From Crocinitomicaceae bacterium (GTDB lineage Bacteria; Bacteroidota; Bacteroidia; Flavobacteriales_D; Crocinitomicaceae): DNA of 36,705 bases. The first letter of the stretch is position 1. The number at the start of each line of letters is the position of its first letter. The stretch lies in contig DORI01000095.1 in assembly GCA_003512365.1 (NCBI GenBank), positions 4,127 through 40,831 on the forward strand, written 5' to 3'. The notes below the pieces were generated by a model that saw only the letters and a list, made by a program, of their open reading frames with translations, ran no database searches and was not told the origin of the DNA. A program made the position numbers and the translations under genes. This document shows, piece after piece, positions 19,056-26,484 of the stretch.

Positions 19056-20903
19056 ATGAATTCATGGAAAGATGTATACAAATACGCTTTTAAGTATAGA
19101 AAACTTGCGCTAATTACAATTCTTGGTAATTTGCTATTTACTATATTTAACCTGCTTTCACTGGTTCTTTTTATTCCTTTTCTTCAGTTAATTTTTAGGG
19201 TTAATGATTTTAAAGTCGTGGTTGAAAAGCCGGTATATTCCGGTGAAATAAGTAGTATTGGCTCTTATGTGGCTGAATTCTACAACTATCACATGCACTT
19301 GATGGTCTCGTCAGACCCTCGTCAGGCTTTGCTGTTTGTCTGTGTTTCCGTTTTCATTGCCTTCTTGTTAAAAAACGCCTCACGGTATTTAGCTGTTTGG
19401 TATCAATCGGAATTACGGATGGCTGTTGTTCGAGATGTGCGTGATGATTTATTTAAAAAATCCATGGAACTTCCTTTGTCATTTCATTCTCAAGAAAGAA
19501 AAGGAGACTTAATGGCCCGATTAAACAGTGATGTTGGAGAAATTGAAAATGGAGTCGTTGGGTTTTTAGAACTTGTATTTCGAGATCCAATCGCAATTAT
19601 CATTCATGTTTTTTCTTTGTTTTATATTAGTCCAAGCTTAACCTTGATTTCGTTTTTTCTTTTGCCAATCACCGCATTTGTGGTGTCTAGAATAGGAAAA
19701 AGTTTAAAGAAAACAGCAAAAAACAGCCAAGAAAAACTCGGCTTACTTTATTCAATAATGGACGAAAGCTTGAGTGGTGTTCGAATCATCAAGGGTTTTA
19801 ATGCAACTGGATTTATTACTAAACAATTTAGAAAAACTAACCTACAACATCAGAAATTAGTAACTAAAACCTTTAGAAAAAAAGACGTGTCGCCGTTAAT
19901 TAGCGAAACCCTTGGCGCGGGAGTAATGATGTGTTTGGTTTGGTTTGGTGGAAACTTAATTTTAGAGGGCTCAAGTAACGGAGATGGATTAACAGGCGAA
20001 TTGTTCATAACCTTTATAATTATTTTTTCTCAACTGCTTAGGCCGATTCAATCCATTGCTAACCAAGTCGCTGTTTTACAAAAAGCCCGCGTGAGTCTCG
20101 ATAGGGTTAATGATATTCTTTCCATTAAAGATCCGGTTTTGGAGCCTGAATCCCCGGAAGAATTTTACGATTTTACTAGTGAAATTTTATTCAAAAATGT
20201 GTCTTTTAAGTATGGGGAAGAATTCGTGATTAAAGACGTGTCGCTGTCTATACCAAAAGGGCACACTGTTGCTTTGGTGGGCGAATCTGGTAGCGGAAAG
20301 TCTACATTAACAGATTTACTTGCTCGATTTTATGATGTGGTTGAAGGGGAAATCAGCATAGACGGTAAGAACATAAAGTCTTTTCGCTCTTTTGACTTAA
20401 GAAATAAAATAGGGATTGTTTCTCAGGATTCTATTTTATTTAATGGTTCGGTTTTAGAAAATATTGCTTTTGGTGACGAAAACCCCTCTTTAAAAAAAGC
20501 TGTTGAGGCTGCGAAAACAGCAAATGCACATGCATTTATTACTGAACTAGAAATGGGCTTCGACTCCAATATTGGAGAAAGAGGAAACAAGCTTTCTGGC
20601 GGACAGAGACAACGTTTGTGTATTGCCCGAGCTGTTTATAAAAACCCCGACATACTTATTCTTGACGAAGCAACATCAGCACTGGATACAGAGTCTGAAA
20701 AACTGGTTCAAGAAGCGTTAGATCGTTTAATGAAAAACAGGACCACTTTAATTGTTGCACACCGACTGAGCACCATAAGAAACGCAAACAACATAGTAGT
20801 GCTCTCAAAAGGTTCGGTTGTCGAACAAGGAACCCACGAAGAGTTGTTTCAAATGAAGGGGTCCTACTTTAACTTTTGTTCATTACAAGGCATTATTTCA
20901 TAA
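19056..20903 (+). CDS. ABC transporter, fused permease/ATP-binding protein (MsbA-like exporter)
   Basis: Six N-terminal TM helices, Walker A GESGSGKST, signature LSGGQRQR and Walker B ILILDEATSALD. Confidence 0.9.
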   Translation: MNSWKDVYKYAFKYRKLALITILGNLLFTIFNLLSLVLFIPFLQLIFRVNDFKVVVEKPVYSGEISSIGSYVAEFYNYHMHLMVSSDPRQALLFVCVSVFIAFLLKNASRYLAVWYQSELRMAVVRDVRDDLFKKSMELPLSFHSQERKGDLMARLNSDVGEIENGVVGFLELVFRDPIAIIIHVFSLFYISPSLTLISFFLLPITAFVVSRIGKSLKKTAKNSQEKLGLLYSIMDESLSGVRIIKGFNATGFITKQFRKTNLQHQKLVTKTFRKKDVSPLISETLGAGVMMCLVWFGGNLILEGSSNGDGLTGELFITFIIIFSQLLRPIQSIANQVAVLQKARVSLDRVNDILSIKDPVLEPESPEEFYDFTSEILFKNVSFKYGEEFVIKDVSLSIPKGHTVALVGESGSGKSTLTDLLARFYDVVEGEISIDGKNIKSFRSFDLRNKIGIVSQDSILFNGSVLENIAFGDENPSLKKAVEAAKTANAHAFITELEMGFDSNIGERGNKLSGGQRQRLCIARAVYKNPDILILDEATSALDTESEKLVQEALDRLMKNRTTLIVAHRLSTIRNANNIVVLSKGSVVEQGTHEELFQMKGSYFNFCSLQGIIS

Positions 20904-20931
20904 GTTATAAGAAAAACTCGATTGGAATGTG

Positions 20932-20939
20932 TATTTTTG
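20932..20939 (+). promoter_or_regulatory. Candidate -7 box (TATTTTTG) abutting the desaturase start
   Basis: It matches TAnnTTTG and ends 4 nt before the ATG at 20944. Confidence 0.3.
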
Positions 20940-20943
20940 ACAC

Positions 20944-22047
20944 ATGCAATTTAAAAATATTACCTTCTCTTCTAACCATAACGAAGAGTTCTATACCGTA
21001 CTAAAACAACGCGTTAACCATTATTTTAAAAACAAAAACATTTCGAAACATGCCAATGCGGCCATGGTTTTTAAGACTGTTTTTATGCTTTCATTGTACA
21101 TCGTGCCTCTTTGCCTTTTATTCGTTGATTTCTCCAGTCAATGGGTGTATTTTTTGCTGTGGATAATAATGGGTTTTGGTATGGCAGGAGTTGGATTATC
21201 TGTTATGCACGATGCAAACCACCGAACATATTCGAAAAATCAAGTTGTCAATGGGATTATCGGTAGAGTTTTGGTGATTTTAGGTGGAAGCGATGTAAAT
21301 TGGAGAATACAGCACAATATTTTACACCACACATACACCAATATAACAGACGCGGATGAAGATATTGCACCACCAACATTTTTATTGCGGTTTTCCCCCC
21401 ATTCAAAGCGTTTTGCTATTCATCGTTTTCAACATGTTTATGCTTGGTTTTTATACAGCTTGATGACCTTGATGTGGTTTGTTGCAAAAGACTTTAATCA
21501 GGCGTTTCGTTATAAGAAAAAGGACCTTTTGAAAACTCAAGGAATAACACTTTTTCAACACTTTTCTGCTATAGTGATTTTCAAGATCATTTATGCTTCT
21601 CTTTTCATTATTCTACCGTTAATGTATAGTCCTGCTTTTTGGTACGTTTCTGTTTTTGGCTTTCTAATTAAACAATTTATAGCTGGATTTATTCTTTCCA
21701 TTATTTTTCAGCCAGCACACGTGGTGCCTTCATCAAACTTTCCCCTACCTGATGATTCAGGAAACGTTGAGGCGGACTGGGCTGTTAACCAGTTAGTTAA
21801 TACCGCAAATTTTGCGCCTAAAGCAAGACTCTTCTCTTGGTATGTTGGTGGTTTGAATTTCCAAATAGAACATCATTTATTTCCAAATATATGTCACATA
21901 CACTATAGACACATCTCCAAGATAGTAGAGGACACTGCTAAAGAGTTTCGTCTGCCCTACCACTCTTATAAAACCTTCTATGGTGCGCTCGTGGACCACA
22001 CGAAATTATTGTACGCGCTTGGTAATAAGGACGTAGTTGTGGCTTAA
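20944..22047 (+). CDS. Membrane fatty-acid desaturase, front-end (delta-6-like) type
   Basis: His boxes HDANH, HNILHH and QIEHH are present, with four TM segments. There is no cytochrome b5 domain. Confidence 0.85.
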   Translation: MQFKNITFSSNHNEEFYTVLKQRVNHYFKNKNISKHANAAMVFKTVFMLSLYIVPLCLLFVDFSSQWVYFLLWIIMGFGMAGVGLSVMHDANHRTYSKNQVVNGIIGRVLVILGGSDVNWRIQHNILHHTYTNITDADEDIAPPTFLLRFSPHSKRFAIHRFQHVYAWFLYSLMTLMWFVAKDFNQAFRYKKKDLLKTQGITLFQHFSAIVIFKIIYASLFIILPLMYSPAFWYVSVFGFLIKQFIAGFILSIIFQPAHVVPSSNFPLPDDSGNVEADWAVNQLVNTANFAPKARLFSWYVGGLNFQIEHHLFPNICHIHYRHISKIVEDTAKEFRLPYHSYKTFYGALVDHTKLLYALGNKDVVVA

Positions 22048-22050
22048 TTC

Positions 22051-22404
22051 ATGACCTTAGAAAAATTAAGAGATTTTTGTATATCCCTTACAGGTGTAGA
22101 AGAGTGCTTGCCTTTTGATGATTCCACGCTTGTATTTAAGGTTGGAGGTAAAATGTTTGCTTTAATCGATATTACGGATTCAAAATCAGTAAATTTAAAA
22201 TGTAACCCCGATAAAATTATTGATCTTCAAGAGCGTTTTAGTGGTGTGTTGCCCGGCTACCACATGAATAAAAAACACTGGATCACGGTGCTTTTAAATG
22301 AGGATGTTTCAGACACATTGGTTATGGAGTGGATTAGAGGTTCTTACTTTTTGGTTTTCAATAAGTTGAGTAAACGCCTACAAGATGAAATTACGAATCG
22401 ATAA
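22051..22404 (+). CDS. MmcQ/YjbR-family protein
   Basis: 117 aa. The pattern VFKVGGKMFALI...PGYHMNKKHWITV is characteristic of the YjbR fold. Confidence 0.8.
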   Translation: MTLEKLRDFCISLTGVEECLPFDDSTLVFKVGGKMFALIDITDSKSVNLKCNPDKIIDLQERFSGVLPGYHMNKKHWITVLLNEDVSDTLVMEWIRGSYFLVFNKLSKRLQDEITNR

Positions 22405-22762
22405 ATTTATTTGGTGTGTTAGATTAACAAAAACTCGGGCTCTTGCTGCTGAACTTATCGCCAAAAATAAAATTAGGCTAAACGATTTACCAACAAAAGC
22501 CTCTAAGGATATTTCTGTTGGTGACACCGTTTTCGTTTATCGTAATTCGGCGGTATTCACCTATTCTGTATTAAAATTAACTGATAAAAGACTTTCTGCC
22601 TCTTTGGTAAGTGATTTCATCCAAGACACCACATCAATTGAGGAAAAAGAAAAAAACAACTTGTATTTAGCCTCGCAAAAAGTTTATCGATTATCCGATG
22701 GGAAACCCACCAAGAAAGACCGTCGAGAGATTGAAGATTTTTTAGATCAATGGGATGAATAA
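22385..22762 (+). CDS. S4-domain RNA-binding protein (Hsp15-like)
   Basis: MKLRIDKFIWCVRLTKTRALAAELIAKNKIRLN is an S4 alpha-L motif. It overlaps the preceding gene by 20 nt. Confidence 0.8.
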   Translation: MKLRIDKFIWCVRLTKTRALAAELIAKNKIRLNDLPTKASKDISVGDTVFVYRNSAVFTYSVLKLTDKRLSASLVSDFIQDTTSIEEKEKNNLYLASQKVYRLSDGKPTKKDRREIEDFLDQWDE

Positions 22763-23700
22763 TCAGCTAAAATTTTATCGGCTAAAATATTGCTTAGCTT
22801 AAAATAACTTTCTGTCGTCCATCCTGCAATATGAGGGGTCATCACCACCCTCTCGCAAGCTGTTAAATAAGAAAACTCTTCAGGTATGTTCTGTTCGAAG
22901 AAGGTTTCAAAACTTTTTTTCTCGTATTCCAGCACATCTAAACATGCACCTTTAATTTTGGTGGTTTTTAAGCCCTCCACTAAGCTTTTGGTATGAACGA
23001 TTCTTCCTCTCGACATGTTGATTAGCACAAATGGTTTTAACATTTTGTCAATAAATTCTTCGTTCATCATGTATTTGGTTTCTTTGTTCAGTGGTATGTG
23101 AAAAGAAATTACATCTGCTTGATCCATGATAGCGGACAATGTGCATTCGTGTACATAATGATCGCCAAATCCTGATTTATATTTGTCATAAGCCAAAACT
23201 TTAACGTCAAATCCCCGTAATTTTTTCGCAAAAGCAGCGCCGTTATTACCATAGCCAATTATCCCCACTATTTTACCATCTAACTCCTCTCCTCTATTAG
23301 ATTCTCTTTGCCAAATGCCATTTCGAATTTGTAAATCTGAAATGTGAATTCTATTTAATAAGGACAACAACATCCCAAGACCATGCTCAGCCACGGCGTT
23401 TCTATTTCCTTCGGGGGAATTGTAGCAGTTTATCGATTGTTTTTTACAATATTCGACATCAATATTTTCTAGCCCTGAGCCAGATCTAGCAATAAACTTA
23501 AGGTTTTGACATCGCGATAAAACCTCTTGTGTCAAAGAAATTTTGGAGCGAATTACAAGTCCAAATGCATCAAAAATCTTCTCTGTTAATGACTCTATTC
23601 TTTCGTTGGAAATATCAACGCACGTAAATCCGGCTTTTGTTAATCGTTCGTGTAAAATACCATGAACCGTATCGATGAAATAGACTTTTTTTTCTGGCAC
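22747..23700 (-). CDS. D-isomer-specific 2-hydroxyacid dehydrogenase (phosphoglycerate dehydrogenase-like)
   Basis: GIIGYGNNGAAFAKK is a Rossmann motif, and the catalytic R/E/H pattern (MSRGRIV...TPHIAGWT) is present. The start is GTG. Confidence 0.85.
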   Translation of the reverse strand: MPEKKVYFIDTVHGILHERLTKAGFTCVDISNERIESLTEKIFDAFGLVIRSKISLTQEVLSRCQNLKFIARSGSGLENIDVEYCKKQSINCYNSPEGNRNAVAEHGLGMLLSLLNRIHISDLQIRNGIWQRESNRGEELDGKIVGIIGYGNNGAAFAKKLRGFDVKVLAYDKYKSGFGDHYVHECTLSAIMDQADVISFHIPLNKETKYMMNEEFIDKMLKPFVLINMSRGRIVHTKSLVEGLKTTKIKGACLDVLEYEKKSFETFFEQNIPEEFSYLTACERVVMTPHIAGWTTESYFKLSNILADKILADYSSH

Positions 23701-23719
23701 AAGTTAAAGATACGATTTT

Positions 23720-25591
23720 TCATCTTCCTAAATGAACAAGTAAAACAGAAATATCGCTTGGTGTTATCCCTGAGATGCGTGTGGCTTGACCAATGGTTGC
23801 AGGTTTAATTCTGTTAAGCTTCTCTATAGCTTCAGAACTCAGGCTCTTAATGTTCTGGTATTCAGTGTTTTGAGGTATTTTAAGGTCTTCTAGTCGCGAT
23901 AATTTTGCTGCTTGCTCTTCTTCTCTTTCAATATATCCTTCGTACTTAATTTGAATTTCTGCTTGTTCCGTGATACTTTCATCAATTGATTTCCATTCTT
24001 CATATACCTTAGACAACTCATCTGACAAGGGCACAAGATCCTGTAAGGTAATATTCGGACGAGTAATTACTGAGGAAAGTTTTACTTGTTGATTAACAGG
24101 TGATGAATCTTTTTCCTCAAGCATTGCGTTCAATAATACTGGAGAAACACCGGTTTTTCTTAGTGCACCATGAATTTCCGACACACCTAGGTTTTTCTGT
24201 TGTATTTTATTCAATGCATCATCATCTTGAATGCCGAGTGTATGTGCTATTGGTGTTAATCTCAAATCTGCATTATCTTGACGCAACAAAATTCTAAATT
24301 CAGCCCTTGATGTAAACATTCTATATGGCTCCTTCGTCCCTTTTGTTATTAAATCGTCTATCAAGACACCTATATAAGCTTCATTTCTCGATAAAATAAA
24401 AGAATCCCTTTCATTTGTTTTCAGGTGCGCATTAATTCCAGACATTAATCCCTGACAAGCGGCTTCTTCGTATCCTGTTGTACCATTAATTTGACCAGCA
24501 AAATAAAGATTCTCAATTAACTTTGTTTCTAAGGTGTGTTGAAGTTGCGTTGGTGGAAAATAATCATATTCAATAGCGTACCCTGGTCTAAACATTTTCG
24601 CATTTTCAAACCCTGGAATTGTCCTCATTGCCAATAATTGGACTTCTTCGGGTAGTGACGTGCTAAAACCATTAACATATATTTCCACTGTGTTCCACCC
24701 TTCTGGTTCTACAAAAACTTGGTGTCGATCCCTATCTGAAAAACGATTTATTTTGTCTTCAATGCTTGGACAATACCTCGGCCCACTGCTTTTTATCGCC
24801 CCATTAAACATTGGTGAACGGTCAAAGCCTGTTCGCAAAAGATCATGTGTGTGAGGATTAGTGTAAGTTATATGACAAGACAGTTGATTATTTAATGGCT
24901 TTGTGTCAGAAAAACTAAATTTTGAGGGGTTTTCATCACCCTTTTGTTCTTCCATCTTTGAATAATCTAAAGACCTGCCGTCTACCCTGGGAGGTGTTCC
25001 TGTCTTCATTCTTCCTGACTCAAAACCTAGAGCCACTAAATCTTCGGTGATTCCTGTGGCTGCTTTTTCTGCTGCCCGTCCACCTCCGAATTGTTTTTCA
25101 CCAAGATGAATTAACCCATTTAGAAAAGTGCCGTTAGTTAGAATCACAGATTTTGATTTAATACTAATCCCTAATGACGTCTTTACACCTATTACTTTAT
25201 TCTTTTCTACCAGAATCCCCGTACACATGTCTTGCCAAAAATCCACAAGAGGGTTTTTTTCTAGCATCAGCCTCCACTCTGAAGCAAAAAGCATTCTATC
25301 ATTTTGAGATCTTGGAGACCACATGGCGGGGCCTTTTGACATGTTTAACATACGAAACTGTATTGCGCTTTTATCGCTGACAATACCAGAGCCTCCGCCC
25401 AGAGCATCTATTTCTCTAATAATTTGTCCCTTTGCCACTCCTCCCATTGCTGGATTACAGCTCATTTGGGCAATTGTATTCATGTTCATGGTAACAAGTA
25501 GAACCTTGCTGCCCATTTTCGCGGCGACGTTCGCGGCCTCACAACCAGCGTGTCCGGCACCAACCACAATTACATCATATTCCGACAACAT
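23720..25591 (-). CDS. mnmG: tRNA uridine 5-carboxymethylaminomethyl modification enzyme MnmG (GidA)
   Basis: YDVIVVGAGHAGCEAA is an FAD-binding motif, and the protein aligns with GidA along its full 623 aa. Confidence 0.97.
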   Translation of the reverse strand: MLSEYDVIVVGAGHAGCEAANVAAKMGSKVLLVTMNMNTIAQMSCNPAMGGVAKGQIIREIDALGGGSGIVSDKSAIQFRMLNMSKGPAMWSPRSQNDRMLFASEWRLMLEKNPLVDFWQDMCTGILVEKNKVIGVKTSLGISIKSKSVILTNGTFLNGLIHLGEKQFGGGRAAEKAATGITEDLVALGFESGRMKTGTPPRVDGRSLDYSKMEEQKGDENPSKFSFSDTKPLNNQLSCHITYTNPHTHDLLRTGFDRSPMFNGAIKSSGPRYCPSIEDKINRFSDRDRHQVFVEPEGWNTVEIYVNGFSTSLPEEVQLLAMRTIPGFENAKMFRPGYAIEYDYFPPTQLQHTLETKLIENLYFAGQINGTTGYEEAACQGLMSGINAHLKTNERDSFILSRNEAYIGVLIDDLITKGTKEPYRMFTSRAEFRILLRQDNADLRLTPIAHTLGIQDDDALNKIQQKNLGVSEIHGALRKTGVSPVLLNAMLEEKDSSPVNQQVKLSSVITRPNITLQDLVPLSDELSKVYEEWKSIDESITEQAEIQIKYEGYIEREEEQAAKLSRLEDLKIPQNTEYQNIKSLSSEAIEKLNRIKPATIGQATRISGITPSDISVLLVHLGR

Positions 25592-25600
25592 TCTAAAAAA

Positions 25601-25614
25601 GTTTCACGTGAAAC
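25601..25614. repeat. Perfect 14-bp palindrome GTTTCACGTGAAAC, copy 1 (intergenic)
   Basis: Read directly from the sequence. It lies 9 nt upstream of the mnmG ATG. Confidence 0.95.
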
Positions 25615-25624
25615 ATTTAAATTA

Positions 25625-26062
25625 TTATTCTTTTGTTTCACGTGAAACAAAATTTAACAAATATTCATTTTCTTTGCTGGTCATAACCTTTTTCTCTTCT
25701 TCGGTCTTATCCCTATAACCAACTAGATGAAGAACGCCATGATAAACAACACGTATCAATTCTTCTTTAGCTACCACTTGAAGGCTCTTTGCGTTGTCTA
25801 AAACACGATCGATTGATATAAACAAATCGCCACTAACCGTCTGAATATCAGAGTAATCAAACGTTATTACGTCTGTATAATAATCGTGATTTAAATATTT
25901 TTTATTAATTTCTAATAAATAATCATCAGAGCAAAAGATCAATGTTACATCGCCACACGTTTTACTCTCCATTGCTATTAACACTGGTAAAGAATGAACA
26001 AAAAATTCCGGATTAACACCCGGAATTTTCATTATGCCATCAATGTTTTCGATGTAAATCAT
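25625..26062 (-). CDS. ybeY: rRNA maturation RNase YbeY
   Basis: HGVLHLVGY is a metal-binding motif. 145 aa. An ATGA overlap joins it to the upstream gene. Confidence 0.92.
   Translation of the reverse strand: MIYIENIDGIMKIPGVNPEFFVHSLPVLIAMESKTCGDVTLIFCSDDYLLEINKKYLNHDYYTDVITFDYSDIQTVSGDLFISIDRVLDNAKSLQVVAKEELIRVVYHGVLHLVGYRDKTEEEKKVMTSKENEYLLNFVSRETKE
25635..25648. repeat. Perfect 14-bp palindrome GTTTCACGTGAAAC, copy 2 (inside the ybeY 3' end)
   Basis: Read directly from the sequence. It extends to the 16-bp palindrome TGTTTCACGTGAAACA (25634-25649) and encodes the YbeY residues FVSRET. Confidence 0.95.
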
Positions 26063-26472
26063 TTATTAAAATACATGTTGACGCTATTACCTGGTGCATC
26101 AAACTCTACTTCGTCTGCTAAATTCTTCATTAAGAAAATACCCCTACCATTTTCTTTTAATAAGTTTTCCGGTGAAGTGGGGTCTGGTAAGTTGGTATAA
26201 TCAAAACCATTGCCTTGATCCATGACATTAAAACAGAAGCTGCTATCATCATCACCAACAGACACCTCTACAGATAGGTCTCTATTCATTCCGTTACCGT
26301 GCTCGATGGCATTATTAACCGCTTCCGTAACAGCTATTAACACATTACCGTATGCGTCTTCCACAACACCGAGTTTTTCACAAACACTACCCACTAAAGC
26401 CTCTACATCAACCAAGGAGTTATAATCAGTCGGTAAATGTATTTTTTCAATAATACTATAGCCTTCCTTCAT
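26059..26472 (-). CDS. GHKL-type ATP-binding protein, RsbW/SpoIIAB-like anti-sigma-factor serine kinase family
   Basis: 137 aa with an N box EAVNNAIEHG, a G1 box DQGNGF and a G2 box GRGIFLM. Confidence 0.8.
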   Translation of the reverse strand: MKEGYSIIEKIHLPTDYNSLVDVEALVGSVCEKLGVVEDAYGNVLIAVTEAVNNAIEHGNGMNRDLSVEVSVGDDDSSFCFNVMDQGNGFDYTNLPDPTSPENLLKENGRGIFLMKNLADEVEFDAPGNSVNMYFNK

Positions 26473-26484
26473 TTACTTGTGCTA

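Larger units (their letters stand above)
25595..25649 (-). terminator. Long hairpin plus U6 (terminator/attenuator-like) between ybeY and mnmG
   Basis: In minus sense the order is GUUUCACGUGAAACA, an 18-nt A/U loop containing the ybeY UAA, UGUUUCACGUGAAAC, UUUUUU, AGA, then the mnmG AUG. This gives 15 perfect base pairs. The U-run exists only in this orientation. Confidence 0.5.

Noticed and set aside
25601-25648. The palindromes as Rex, CRP/FNR or E-box-type operators.
   Set aside because: The half-site arrangement (TTCAC directly abutting GTGAA) is inverted relative to Rex (GTGAA-N6-TTCAC) and CRP (TGTGA-N6-TCACA). I cannot support a named regulator.
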